In this document: positions 26,215-39,059 of the stretch, one piece after another | Layout: the number at the start of each line of letters is the position of its first letter | How positions within the stretch are numbered: position 1 is the stretch's first letter | Origin: Negaprion brevirostris | Lineage: Eukaryota | DNA: 64,000 nt | Reading direction: 5' to 3' | Assembly: GCA_030324005.1 (NCBI GenBank) | Contig: JARDVH010000169.1 | Coordinates: 13,092,177-13,156,176, forward strand | Made by a program: the position numbers and the translations under genes | The notes under the pieces: model-generated | What the model saw: the letters and a program-made list of their open reading frames with translations, nothing else | What the model was told of the DNA's origin: nothing | The model's database searches: none

Positions 26215-27310
26215 AAATTACAGCAGGGAAGGAGGCCAATCTTGTCCATACCAGCCCGGTGACAACCAGGTGCCCTTTCTAATCCTATCATCCTTAACCC
26301 AGCCCATAACCCTGTGCCTTACAGCAAATTAAGGTGCAAATCAAGGTATTTTTTCCAAAAGAGGTCTCTACCTCCACCACCAACTTGGGCAGTGAATTCC
26401 AGACACCCACCATCCTTTGCATAAAAATATCCTTCCTCATCACCCTCTACACCTACTGTAACTTATATTGAATCTATGTCNNNNNNNNNNNNNNNNNNNN
26501 NNNNNNNNNNNNNNNNNNNNNNNNNNNNNNNNNNNNNNNNNNNNNNNTAATTTTGTACACGTCTATCAAGTCACTCCTCAATCTTCTTTGTTCCAAGAAA
26601 AATAACCCCAACCTGTCCAATCTCTCCTCATAGCTACACTTTTCTAGCCCTGGCAACATTCATGTAAATCTCCTCTGTACTCTCACTACAGCAATTATGT
26701 TCTTTCTGTAATATGGCAACCAGAACTGTACACAATACTCCACTTGTGGTCACACCAGCATTTTATACAATTCCAACATTATGGGCAGAATTTTCCCATC
26801 GCATCTGCCGTGGGATTCGTACTGGGCAGTACACAGACCATGCAAAGTTCTATTGACCTCAGGCGGGATTTTCCAGACTTGGGTTGAGCGCAGCAGAAAA
26901 TCCCATCCTAAATCCATACTTTTATATTCTATACCTCTGCCAATGAAGGAAAGCGTTCCATATGCCTACGTTACAAACTTGTCTACTTGAACTGCTGCCT
27001 TTAGGGACGTGTACTTGTTCGCCAAGATCTCTCACTTCATCTACCCTTCTTAATTTATTCCCATTTATTGTGTATTCTCTACAACTACTTGACCGCTCTA
27101 AATGTATTATTTCACACTTCCCTATGTTAAAATCCATTTGCCATTTTATTACTCACTCCACGAACCCATCAATATAGTTTTGCAGATTATAGCTTTCCTC
27201 TACACTATCCACCACTTGGCCAATCTTTGTGTCGCCTGCAAATATTCCAATTGTGTCCCCCACATTCGCTTCCAAATCGTAAATATATGACACAAACGCC
27301 AAGGGTCCCT
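26215..27310 (-). mobile_element. CR1 LINE RT/3' part
   Basis: Minus-strand peptides [53 protein letters not shown]. Confidence 0.92.
26783..26908. mobile_element. MITE nested in the CR1
   Basis: Imperfect TIRs GGGCAGAATTTTC...GAAAATCCCATCC, flanks TAT/TAA; interrupts otherwise contiguous CR1 sequence. Confidence 0.7.
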
Positions 27311-28484
27311 CCCCTCAATAACGTTACAATTCTCCCAGTGAATCAGCAACTCTACAGCCCTTCTACTTGAAATGGCACTGAAATCACAGTTTAAGAACTC
27401 GTTGACTAAATTGAAGCCACAAAATAAAAACTAAGTTACAGGAGCGAAAAGGTGCAGCCATGATAGTTTTACAAATGGTCCCAAGTATGACAAGTTGTAA
27501 AGGAGAACAACTGTTCAAGACTTTCATTCCATTCCACAGTGGGTATCAAGCAACAGCATGATCGTGGTCAGATTCACACACAAACATGCATACTGATATT
27601 TTGACTACAAAGGAATAGTTTGTCCAAATTCTGAATTTAGGCTCCAATATATAGAAAAAGAACCTGCAGAATAGGCAAAGCGACCACCTTCAAGGCAGGA
27701 AAGGTGAGATAACATTTGTGCTACCGTTCTAAAGTGAAATTCCACCCACTCTCCCCTTGCAATAATTGAACAGTAAAAAGTTCCCAGGTAGGAAATCCAT
27801 GCTCCCCGACCCCGGGATCCAAGATCATATTTCCACACAACTAAATTCCCTGTGCCTCAAAATTGCTATTCAATAAAATTGTTATGAAATGATGTGTCAC
27901 AAGATGTTGAATATGGCGGGTGTAAGAAATATTTTTTGTTAAAATGGTTTAGTCTTCTACTTCAGTTGCAGAATATTCTATTTATATTCCAGGCTTTATT
28001 CAATGTGACCTGCTAAATGACTCATACACATAATTGGTTATATGATAGAACATCCTTCCCCACCCCCCACAACACTTAAATGACTCACAAAATTAATTGT
28101 TTGTAGGATGGAACGAATTTTCCCTTGTGAATTGTAAAGTAACCCTTGTCGGTGTGATTATTTATGACTGCAAGTGATACTCAGTTGATTGCAGTTGTGA
28201 CTAAATGCTGGAAGGTTTCTTCTGTAGATTACATACAACCTGCTGTAATCAGCCCAGTATCCGCATCCCAGGAGGGAAATAGAGGAGCTGACAGTCGCAT
28301 TGAGGCTGTAATTAACGTCACTGAACCATTGAAAACTCCACCTCTAAGGCAGACAGTTGGCAAAGCCCTAAAGTTCCAGAGTAGATTTAGGTATTTTTTT
28401 GTTTATCCCCTAAATTAACCCCGCAATGGTACAATATAAATATCTTAAATGTTTAATAGTTAGTTGTTTGGTAATACAGCACTG

Positions 28485-29390
28485 GAGTATTTCTGAAGGA
28501 GAGATAAAGCTTTTCATCTTGCACTCATTAGGACAGTTCACAAGAATATCAACAGTGGAGGAAACAACAATTTACCCTATGTGAAAAGAGGATACTGATT
28601 GATTGGTAGAGTGATTGTCATGCAGGATGTACCAGGAACAGTTAAACCGCTAAGCTTCTGTTCAAATTCAAATCAGGCAGGTGATTGGTCAAGGCACTGC
28701 CATGACCAATGAACTAGGGAACAGTTGTATCCCAAGCTTTTAGTTATTTGCCCGTCATACAAACGAGTAATGTGTTATATAAATTTCAGTGCTGGTGTGA
28801 TATCAGTACGTGGGACATACATCCCAACAACTGGTGGATCAGTGGATTAGTACGTCCCTTTGGTTGTCCTCAACAGACGAAGTACTGACTGTACCCAACC
28901 AGCCTGTGTTTGCAAACCTCAAAACAATGTCCAAATTTAGATATGTTCCCACGATTGGACAAGCCTTGCTAAACAATTCTGATGGTGCTAATAATTACAC
29001 AGTAGACCAATTATCAGTCAGACTCAGTGTGGCTCACTTACACATGCCAGAAGCTACATATATTCACATACAGGACCATGTTTTTTGCAGACGGAAGGGG
29101 TATGTCCATGTCCACCTTTTTCAACAAAGCAAAAGCTTGATTGTCAACAATTCCCTGGTCTATTCCCCATGGCAATGCCTTAAACCAGAGTCCACTTGCC
29201 TGTTTTGGATTTGAAGAAAAGCTTGGCAGTTAATGGTTCCCTGGTGCATTCTCCATGGCAATGCCTCTACCAATCAGAGACATTTGCCAACCAATGGGCA
29301 CTCTCTTCTCAGGCAGTGTAAATGGTTTTTCTTGCAATGTGTCCCAATGAGTGTTTAGACAGGAAGTCTTTTCTTCAGCAATCCTAAATG
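28485..29390 (+). mobile_element. Penelope-like element remnant: inverted pLTR, GIY-YIG endonuclease, pLTR
   Basis: SNVLYKFQCWCD/YVGHTSQQL...TIGQALLNN...AHLHMPEATYIH...FCRRK; 28485-28748 is an inverted copy of ~29125-29390. Confidence 0.85.
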
Positions 29391-30081
29391 CTCAATATTC
29401 AAGGGATGCTGCGTTAAACTGACAGGCTATTATTTGACACCTAATGTAAGTCTCTTTGTTGAGCACTATAATCTTTTCCGGTGAATAATAAAATGGAATT
29501 CCTTCATAACCTCATTTATAAAATTAATAATTTTCATGTTTGAGGGAATAAACCTTCGTCAGAGCATATTTTCAAACACAGACAACATCAAAGGGATACT
29601 GTATTCATGAAGAATTGCGTGTTGAGAAGATCAGGGGTCAATAATTTTAGTTCTTGGTCCATCTGGGTACAGTGAACACTGCAAACTGGACAACACTTTT
29701 GATGGAGCACTTATCTTAAAAGAATCTATTTATCATCTGAAGACCCAGGAAAATTCACATATCAGCCTCACTTAGACATGATATATTGTTTGAAAATACA
29801 GGGTTCCACTGTCCATTCTGCTTCAACCAAAAGCTAAAAAAGGTGAGTTAAACACATGTATGGTAGAGTGAGCCATTGTTTTCTGATGCTTTTCCAACCT
29901 TTAGTCTGTCCTTGGCTTTTGGAACAAGGATTTTTATTTTTCATTCATTTTTATTTTGAAATATGTAGTTTGCGTTTCCCTGAGCATGAACTGATATCCT
30001 ATCACACTTTCTCTACTGTAGATGTAACACTTTGACTCCACACTCATTCTGGCATCTTAAGATTTGATTATCTAAATTTGA

Positions 30082-30395
30082 GAGGTGGCACAGTGGTTAG
30101 CATTGCTGTCTCATAGCACCAGGGACCTGGGTTCAACTCCCGGCTTGGGTCACTGTCTGTGTGGAGGTTTGCATGTTCTCGCCGTGTCTGCATGGGTTTT
30201 GTCCAGGTGCTCCAGTTTCCTTCCACAGTCTGAAAGATGTGTGGGTTATGTGGATTGGCCGTGCTAAATTTACCCTCACTGTCTAGGGGTCTAGCTAGAG
30301 TAAATGTATGGGGTGATGGGAATGGGGCCTGGGTGGAATTGTGGTCGGTGCAGACTCAATGGGCCGAATGGCCTCCTTCTGCATGTGGGATTCTA
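30082..30395 (+). mobile_element. HE1-type SINE
   Basis: A box TGGCACAGTGG, B box GGTTCAACTCC, tail 'gggccgaatggcctccttctgca'. Confidence 0.92.
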
Positions 30396-30559
30396 AATTG
30401 CCCTGTTTTAGTGGATTGGTGCTGATTTTTACATGCTTGTATTTGATATTAACAGAGCAGTGGGGGTGGCCTTGAGGGTAGAGGTATTGGCTAAGGGCCT
30501 CAAAGCAAATTTAGTAACCCAATTTCTGCTTTCATGATGAAATCAGTCTACTGCCAGGC

Positions 30560-30662
30560 CCAGATGAGATGACAGGTCATTGATCTGGAACTCTGTTTAT
30601 CTCTTTACAGATGTTGCCTCACCAACTCTGTATTTCCAGCATTTTCTACTTTTATTTCAGAA
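30560..30662 (+). mobile_element. Penelope-like pLTR-derived repeat arm
   Basis: 'ctctgtttatctctttacagatgttgcc...tttccagcattttctacttttatttcaga'. Confidence 0.55.
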
Positions 30663-30709
30663 TTATCTTTATAGGGCACATGGAATGAATCTTCTTCCAG
30701 ATCCTTCAG

Positions 30710-31763
30710 AGTAACTTTGGCCACAGGCAACCCGAACTTACCTTGCTGATAACCAGGGCAAATTCAATATTACGATCTCTGTTTTGATTTAGAACATTGG
30801 GAATTTGAAATTCATTTTCAGCGATCAATTTAAAGGATTACACAACAAGAATTCAAATGTTACAACTTTTACTGCAACAAACTAAACACAATGTGGACTA
30901 AACCCTTTAACCTACAGAACAGATTTGCCCCTTTTAATATTTAAAGCAACTAAAAATCTCCCTCTCCATGGCTGTATTTTACACTAGCCCTTAACTAGTC
31001 ATTCAATTTTCCCAGAACCCATCCAAAGTGATTCTTAGTTCCCAAGGGCTCACTTCAGTTTTTATTTCCAGGCCTGGTAACTTTTAACCCCATAAGTGTC
31101 TTTGGTGAGGGTTGACCTGGAGATTCTCCCTCTAGCTCAAGCAAGGCAAATTGTCCAGCCTTGTTTTAAATCCTCATGAATTTGACCTTTTCAATCTAAG
31201 CACGAGTTCACAGTAGCATTTCTGCATGGCGAACCAAAGAATCTTGCCAGCTCTTGATCCTCCATCAGATTCTAGCAGGCTGGACTTTGTCCATGAGATT
31301 CAATGATATTTTAAAGAGAGAAAAAAAACTACGTAAGCTCATATTACAAGGGTTTCTTATGCACTATTCCTTCCAAAAGCACATCCCCATGGCAATTTGA
31401 ATCGTATGGGCCTTGTACGGTAACAAAAGTGCTAATTAACTATCCTTTAGACACCTAACTTATTAACTGTCTTTAATTTAAAGATGGAACTATGTAGCTA
31501 TTTACAAAATCTGACATTCTTAACATATCCCTAAGACTTTGAAAACTGTCAGTCTATCCATAGTCAGCACAGAATCTTCTGTCATTACGCACAAATCTGA
31601 ACATCTTTCCACTCCAACTCTGATCTCCCCTTTAAACTTGAGCAATCGACCCATCCAGGTTTGCTGTCAACAGAATGTGGAACAGGTCACATGACCCCTT
31701 CACTCCTCCATTTTATACTAAATTAGAAACAGTCTGGAAACCTATAAATCTCATATTTGTAAC
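30710..31763 (-). mobile_element. Possible LTR-type repeat
   Basis: Ends in 'gtaaca' (TGTTAC on the minus strand); LTR-like composition; left boundary uncertain. Confidence 0.3.
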
Positions 31764-32151
31764 ACAGACTACAGTTCACTGAGCCATAGCTGGACGCTCA
31801 TCTAACATTCCACAGCTCAGCAGCTGTCGGCCTTCGAGTAGTGACCACCTCTTCGTATCAAAAGCAAGCGGCTAGCCCATCAGCGACATCAGTGTGTCAT
31901 CCAAAAAATCAAAACCAAACCCATGATCTATTAAATTTGCATTTATTTTACCAACAGATGCCTAAATGATCCTGCCAGACTTGGGCCACTGCCAAAGTTC
32001 ACCATTCATCCNNNNNNNNNNNNNNNNNNNNNNNNNNNNNNNNNNNNNNNNNNNNNNNNNNNNNNNNNNNNNNNNNNNNNNNNNNNNNNNNNNNNNNNNN
32101 NNNNNNNNNNNCATTCATCCTGGTGTATGCTCCATAAAGGGCACTGTCAAA

Positions 32152-32217
32152 TAGAAACATAGAAAGTAGGTGCAGGAGTAGGCCATTTGCCCTTGCACCA
32201 CCATCCAATATGATCAA
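32152..32217 (-). mobile_element. CR1 3' tail
   Basis: 'tagaaacatagaaagtaggtgcaggagtaggccatt'. Confidence 0.75.
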
Positions 32218-32611
32218 ATGTTTAACAGGTCCTCAGTTCTCAGCCTTTTCTTTATCGGTCATTTGTGGAGACACTAAAAGTTACTTGTACGTTCTCTGTT
32301 TCTAGTGTCTTTACATTGTGTCACCAAGATGAAGATTTATATCCTTTAACAGAATCCTACTTCTCTACTGAGTAGTTTGTGGATCGGTCACTCCATTTAC
32401 CTCCTCTCATTTCTGCATCTCTCTTCACTTTCTTTCCTCATCCAAGATATTAAGGGTTTCCTTAACTTTTCTGATTTTCCTTTTCTGATTGCAGTTTGCC
32501 TCATGACCTGCAATGATGACCAACTGTGAATTTCCATTTTTAGTGGAGAGAACTTTATCTTTCTATGTTATTGTACTGAGATTGTAATGATCAGATTACA
32601 GTGATGGCTTA

Positions 32612-32878
32612 CAGTGCCAGGTTTGATTCCTGGCTTGGGTCACTGTCGGTGCGGAGTCTGCACATGTTCCCCAGGTCTGCTTGTATTTCCTCTGGATGCT
32701 CTGGTTTCCCTCCCATGGTCCAAAAGACATACTGGTTACATGCACTGGCCATGCTAAATTCTCCCTCAGTGCACCCAAACAGGCGTCAGGCAGTGGCAAC
32801 TAGGGGATTTTCACAGTAACTTCATTGCGGTGTTAATATAAGCCTACTTGTGACACTAACAAATAAGCTAAACTAAAC
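32612..32878 (+). mobile_element. HE1-related SINE with alternative tail
   Basis: B box 'ggtttgattcc', HE1 core, tail 'ggggattttcacagtaacttcattgc...gcctacttgtgacactaa'. Confidence 0.85.
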
Positions 32879-32879
32879 A

Positions 32880-33077
32880 GTTTCATATTCAACCACATTA
32901 AGTTGATCTGCATTAAAACGATCTTTCTCTGTACCCCAGCTATGACTGCAACGCTACATTCTGCACTCTATCATTTTCTTCTCTATGAACAGTATGCTTT
33001 AGCTGTATAGCACACAAGAAACAATACTTTTCACTATATATTAATACATGTGACAATAATAAATCAAATCAAATCAA
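32880..33077 (+). mobile_element. Rex1/Babar-like LINE 3' end
   Basis: 'ctacattctgcactct...caagaaacaatacttttcact...(aaatc)n'. Confidence 0.75.
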
Positions 33078-33544
33078 GCTGGATGCTCTTACAAGCTTAC
33101 TGAAGTTTATCGTTTGGAAATCTGAATGCCAACAGCAATCGAAGGCTTTATTAATATCTGGACAGTCAGCAAACTATATAATGTACTGCAAGATGAGGTT
33201 TCTCCACCCCGAGCATATGATAAAGTATAAAATTGTTTTGACATCAAGTCTACTTTGATCCAACATGTCCCTTAACAAGTGACTCTAATAGAGGTGTTGA
33301 TTTAGAATAAACTAATCTTGGACAAAATATAGATTTTATCTTAGATTCATAAGACAGATTTTACACTGAACTATGACTGTGACAGAACTTCAGTATTATC
33401 TAAAACCTAAAATTTCTTTAATTCCATCACAAAAAGCAAAGAGCTGAAAATTAGATTCACTTTCATAAATCATCTCACACCTTAACTTGACCCAATTATT
33501 CCAGAATTTAGTCGAATGGCCTACTTCTGCGATATAATGACTCT

Positions 33545-34290
33545 AAGCCAAAGCCAGGGGATCAGAGTAAATGGAGTGGTGAAGATAGAGAAGGTTCAGA
33601 TGAGGCAAGAATGAAATGTTGAATTTGATACATTGGAGGAAGAAAAAAGTGAACGAGAACAGGAATGTGCGCAAGATCAGAAGGCGGCACTGGAGATTTG
33701 GACAGGTTAGAGATGGAGCTCCTAGATGATGGAGCAAAGTGTTCAGGAAACTGATAAGCAAAGAGGTAAAGCCAAGATGGATAATGTTCTGGAGGTGAAA
33801 GTAAAAGACATTGGTTATGGACAAAGGTATGAAATTTGAAGTTCAATTCTGGAATTAAAAGCAATAGGAAAATCTTATACCTTCGGTCTCAGTGTGATTA
33901 AGTAGTTGGGAGGAAAATACACTCACAGCTTGGAGTTTTTGGCAGCAAACAATAGGTTAATTTTGATGTTCACAATGTTCAAGTGGAGGGAACTATGGCT
34001 CATCTACGACTTAATCAAAGAAAGACATCTTAACAGGAATTTTTGGGAGTTGAATCAACCTGGAATTTTAATACACACACAGAAATTTACTTCATCCCAT
34101 GAGAAAATGAATCTGAAAGGAAACATATAACAACAAAAAAAGCGAGGGACAGGAATGAATTCTTGGAGGTCAGGAGAAGAAATCGTTCTTAGAAGTCCAT
34201 TTGCTATATTATGACTGATTGGCAAAGAACCATGTGAGAGAAAAGGGTCGCAAAGACACGTCATGGAGAAGATGTTTGGAGGTTATTGAT
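33545..34290 (-). mobile_element. Old L2 LINE RT fragment
   Basis: Minus strand LQEFIPVPRFFCCYMFPF resembles decayed PQGSILGPLLFLIYMLPL; 'ITNVFYFHLQNIIHL' resembles the L2 post-RT region. Confidence 0.6.
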
Positions 34291-34479
34291 ACCATCACCA
34301 GGGTGGCACTGAAACCATCACTGTAATATGTTCATTAAAATCTTGGTACAATAACACAAAGATAAAGTTCTCTTCACTTCAAATGGAAATTCAAGGTTGG
34401 CGTTGCAACGTCATTGCAGGTCATGGGGCAAAAGCTCAATCAGAAAAGGAGGCATAACAGAATTGAACAATTACACATA

Positions 34480-35595
34480 GAACTATAGAACATTACTTTC
34501 ACTAAACCAAATTGTGAATTCCAGATGTCCATCATCCTCTGGTTGAAGATTATCCTCATGTCCCCTCTAACCCTTCCATCAATAACCTTACATCTGTGGT
34601 CCTTGACAATTGGCCACTCTGGTAAGGGAAACAGAGCATTCCTGACTACTCTATCTAGACCCCTCCTAATCTTGTAAGTCTCAATTAAATCTCCTCTCAG
34701 CCTACCCCGCTCTAAGCGAAGTAATTCCAGCCTATCGAATCTTCCTTTATAGCTGAAATTCTCCAGCCCTGGCAACATTCTTGTAAATTGCCTCTCCATA
34801 ACAATTACATCCTTCCTATAATGTGGTGACCAGAATTACACACAAAGTTCTAACCATAGCCTAACCAGCTTTTATACATTTTGAGCATTGAGCATTACAT
34901 CTCTGTTTTTGTATTCTATACCTCATCCAATAAAGAAAGCATTCCATTTGCTTTCTTTACCACCTTATTCACCTGTCCAACCACCTTCAGAGACTTGTGA
35001 ACAATGACCCTAAAGACCCTCACTTCCTTGTCCCCTCCTGTGTATTCCCCTGCTTTGTTTGCCCTCCCCAAGTGCATTATCTCACACTTTTCCAGATTGA
35101 ATTTCATTTGCCACTTTTCCACCAATTCAGCCAACCACTGATATAATTCTGGAGTTGGCAGCTATCCTCTTCACAACTACATGGCCAACTTTTGTGTCAC
35201 CTGTCATCATGCCTTCCACATTTAAGTCTAAATCATTAAAATACAAAAACAGCAAGAGTCAAACACTGAGCCCTGTAGAATCTCACTGGAAATCACTTTC
35301 CATTTGCTAAAACCTCTATTGACCATTATTTTTGTTTCCTGTCAATGAACCAGTTTTAGATCCAACTCGCCACATCCCCCTGTATCCCACAGGCTTTTAT
35401 TTTTCTGACCNNNNNNNNNNTCTACCGTGAGACCTTGTCAAATACTTTACTGAAATTCATTTAGACACCATCCACAGCAATACCTTCATCAACCCTCCTT
35501 GTTACTTCCTCAAAAAATGTAATTAAATTAGTAAGACGTGAACTTCCCTGACAAATGTTGTTGACTATCCCCAACTAATCAGTTCCTTTCCTATA
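34480..35595 (-). mobile_element. CR1 LINE RT/3' part
   Basis: KWQMKFNLEKCEIMHLG, VKKANGML, FTRMLPGLENFSY...RLRGDLIETYKI. Confidence 0.92.
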
Positions 35596-35689
35596 ATAAA
35601 TATTATGTCTAATATTTCATAGCCCTCCCCTTTAGGAAGCACAGTGAAGGACATGTTCTTGTGATTAAGTGGAAATGGTCAAGATCTTC

Positions 35690-36328
35690 AAGCTTTGAGA
35701 TGTTCAGATCACCAATAATCTGTCCTGGTCCCTCAACGCTGACCTATAGTTAAGAAAGTCCATCAACGTCTCTAATTTCTCGGAAGCTAAGGAAATTTGG
35801 CATGTCCATTCTGACTCTCATCAAATTTTACAGATGCACCATAAAAAACAACCTTTCTGGATGTATCACAGCTTGGTTTGGTTCCTGCTCTGACCAAGAC
35901 TGCAAGAAACTATGAAGGGTCATGAATGAAGCCCAATCCATCATGCAAACCAGCCTCCTATCCATTGATTCTGCCTATACTTTCCGCTGCCTCAGAAAAG
36001 CAGCCAGCATCATCAAAGACCCCAAGCACCCTGGATATTCTCTCTTTTACCTTCTTCTGACAGGAAAAAGATACAAAAGTCCGCAAACACGTACTAATTG
36101 ATTCGAACAGCTTCTTCCCTGCTGCCATCAGACTTTTGAATGGATCTATCTTACATTAAATTGAACTTTCTCTTCACCCGGTCTGTAATTGAAATACTAC
36201 ATTCTGTACCCCCTCTTTTCCTTCTCCCCTATGTATTCTATGAACAGTATGTTTTGCCTGTACAGTGCACAAGAAACAATACTTTCCACTGTATCCCAAG
36301 GCACATGACAATAATAAATCAAATCAAA
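35690..36328 (+). mobile_element. Rex1/Babar-like LINE 3' part
   Basis: KKVHQRL.FLRKLRKFGMS...FYRCTI...SGCITAWFGSCS...KAASIIKDPKHPG...SFFPAAIRLLN; (aaatc)n tail. Confidence 0.85.
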
Positions 36329-36334
36329 AATTTA

Positions 36335-36870
36335 ATTAGAATGTCTGCATCATTCCTCTCCACTGTGAAGACAAAGTACTCATTAAGAACCTCCCTACAT
36401 CTTTTGCACAAGTTATACTGTACACCCCTGATCGAACCTGCCCTTTCCTTAGTTATCCTCCTGCTCTCAATGTACTGATAAAACATTGTGGGTTTTCCTC
36501 AATTATACACGCCAACATTTTAATATCCTTTATTTATTTTTCTAATTTCCTTTATTTGCTTTCCTAAATTTCCTTTATTTTTACTTCATTCCTGTATTTT
36601 CTATACCACTAGGTATTCTTAAGTATTAGGTTTTTTATGGCTGTATTAAACTTTTATTTTTCTGCATTATTTTACCCTGTACACTTCTGGATAACCCAGG
36701 GGCTCTTGATTTGGCAGTAACACCATTTTTCTTTGGCGGGGGTCAAGTCTACTAGTGCCTCTAAAATCTTGTTCTTGAATGTCTCCTGTTGATCTATCAC
36801 TATAACCAGTCCATTTCACCAGATCACCTTGCAACTTTATAAATTTGTTTTTCATCAATTTAGAAATGTT
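36335..36870 (-). mobile_element. Old CR1 fragment
   Basis: 'acaaagtactcatt' (NEYF on the minus strand), 'tttatac..ct', 'ataacccagggg'. Confidence 0.5.
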
Positions 36871-37366
36871 TCAGTTACGCTGGATAAATTAGTATGCTGT
36901 GCACACCAAGTTACTCTTGACAGAGAGAGGCTGGACTATACATGATGTTATACAATTCTGCAGGCTCTGGAATCCATGTTTTGAAATCATAATTTATCTA
37001 TTCCAAAAGCAAAGGAAATCATCACTCCATTTAAACGTGTTAATTCTGGTGCAGCTCACATTATAGCCAAGGGCAATGTTACTTAACAAAAGCCATAGAA
37101 AATCAATATTTTGGGACTCCTAACAGTTACCCTATTACAGTATTCACTCAGTTTGCTGCATCTATTTAATCCAGAATTTTAAGATGAAAGTAAAGGTAAA
37201 AATTCCTGAATAAGAATGGACAAGTTGAAACTCAGCGGAATCTCAATACTTTTCAGCAATAAGTTGGAAAAGTTTTGCATTTTTAATCCTCAAGTTGATC
37301 AGACAATTGATGAATCATCATCAGTGCAACTGAAAGACTGCAGACGAGAATGAACTAATATCTGCT

Positions 37367-37530
37367 TCAGCATCTAAAGCAGCTAATCAATTGATAAAGT
37401 AGAAAGTCTCTATGAATAGGTGAAGAGAGAAGACTTCTCGTCCCAGTCATTTGCCAGAAGGGAATTACAAGAAAATCAAGGCAGACAACTATTAACACCC
37501 AACACCTGCATTTCCCAGTGATCGTTTGCC
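37367..37530 (-). CDS. Putative exon downstream of the microexon (frame uncertain)
   Basis: Acceptor 'gtttctgtgttaaattattttgtag|GGCAAACG'; phase-1 reading GQTITGKCRCWVLIVVCLDFLVIPFW...*. Confidence 0.3.
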
Positions 37531-37930
37531 CTACAAAATAATTTAACACAGAAACATCACACCAAAACTGCTGAAGCTGCGTCAAAAACATTGTAATACA
37601 TTTTATTTCAAAAAAATTAAACTGTTCTACTAAAATAAACATGAATAATGGCGGCCATTTCTAATTCATGCAATGCTATTTTCTAACTACAGAAAGCATT
37701 CCCAGATCAGCAAATGTCTACACTAACATAGAAAGGACTAATCGAAGAGAATGGCATTTGCTAATAAGTTCAGTAGGTCTGTCCGAAAGTAAGTGGGTGA
37801 GGGACTGCATGCTTCTGTGTTTGAACAGCAGTTCTACTCAACACTACGCCTCTAATGTGTCTACATTCCTCAGCAATGCAAATGTGTCTAATACAATCAA
37901 GAGAGTAAAACAAGAGCATGCACATCTTAC

Positions 37931-37939
37931 CTTGATGAA
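37931..37939 (-). CDS. Putative 9-nt frame-preserving microexon (TTCATCAAG)
   Basis: Pyrimidine tract then 'ttgttag|TTCATCAAG|gtaagatg'; upstream CTAAC/ACTAAT; downstream (T)GCATG at 37917, ~37808 and 37667. Confidence 0.55.
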
Positions 37940-39059
37940 CTAACAATTTGATATTTTTAAGAGGAAATGAATGGGAGAAAGAGCTGGTATTAGATCAAGT
38001 TATTTTTGATGGCAGATTCCATTAGTAAAATGTTAGCATGTAGCTTTTCTCAGGAAAAAAAAACTTGTAATCTTTAGCTTTCCAGCCAGTAAGCACCAGA
38101 TAGCTTTTGACAAAGTTGCTGCCGCCACCAAAGCTGTGCAAAGCAGCTAATGAGAAAAGTACTTCAGATGTTTTGTCTTCCCCTCAGCAGGCTGGGATGA
38201 ATGATATCAGGATTGTGTATTGGAAGGAAACAAAAAAGTCAAATGAAATAGCACCAATGACATTTGTGCACTCTCCTCTTCCCAAACATCTGTAACCAAT
38301 GTGATTCAGAAGAAAATCAGTCCGAAAGCCACCTCAGTTGAGCACAATAAACCCAGTGCACTCTGTTTCCAAAATGGTAACACTTTAAGATTTTAAAAAG
38401 TAAACTATTGTTTCCTTTTCCCTTGTTCTATCCAATCAACCAATAAAGGACTGAAACATTTCATCTACAATTTGGTGTAAATGTTCACCAAATCCCATTG
38501 GTTCCCATTCCAGGCTTGTAACTATGGATCGTCTGCCATCAATTTCATTTTGAAGTTGGGTAGGTGGCTTATAATCAAAAAAAACTTGCAAAAATTTTAA
38601 TTATGTCAAACTCTTTGTGTTCTGTTGTAATACTATTGATATGTTCAATTTCGCTGGAAGCTCAATGACAAGATTAAGAGCTGGATGGTTGATGCTCAAA
38701 GATTCCATCGCCTTCCTCATCTCACTGAACTGCTGAAGCATGAGNNNNNNNNNNNNNNNNNNNNNNNNNNNNNNNNNNNNNNNNNNNNNNNNNNNNNNNN
38801 NNNNNNNNNNNNNNNNNNNNNNNNNNNNNNNNNNNNNNNNNNNNNNNNNNNNNNNNNNNNNNNNNNNNNNNNNNNNNNNNNNNNNNNNNNNNNNNNNNNN
38901 NNNNNNNNNNNNNNNNNNNNNNNNNNNNNNNNNNNNNNNGTGGTTTTATTTGATCATCATCAGAATGTGCTGAGAAAGCTGTCAAATTTTCTTTTATCTG
39001 CATATTATATGTTAGAAAATGTCCTTGGACAGCAGGTAATGGTCTTGTGGTTGCCATTT

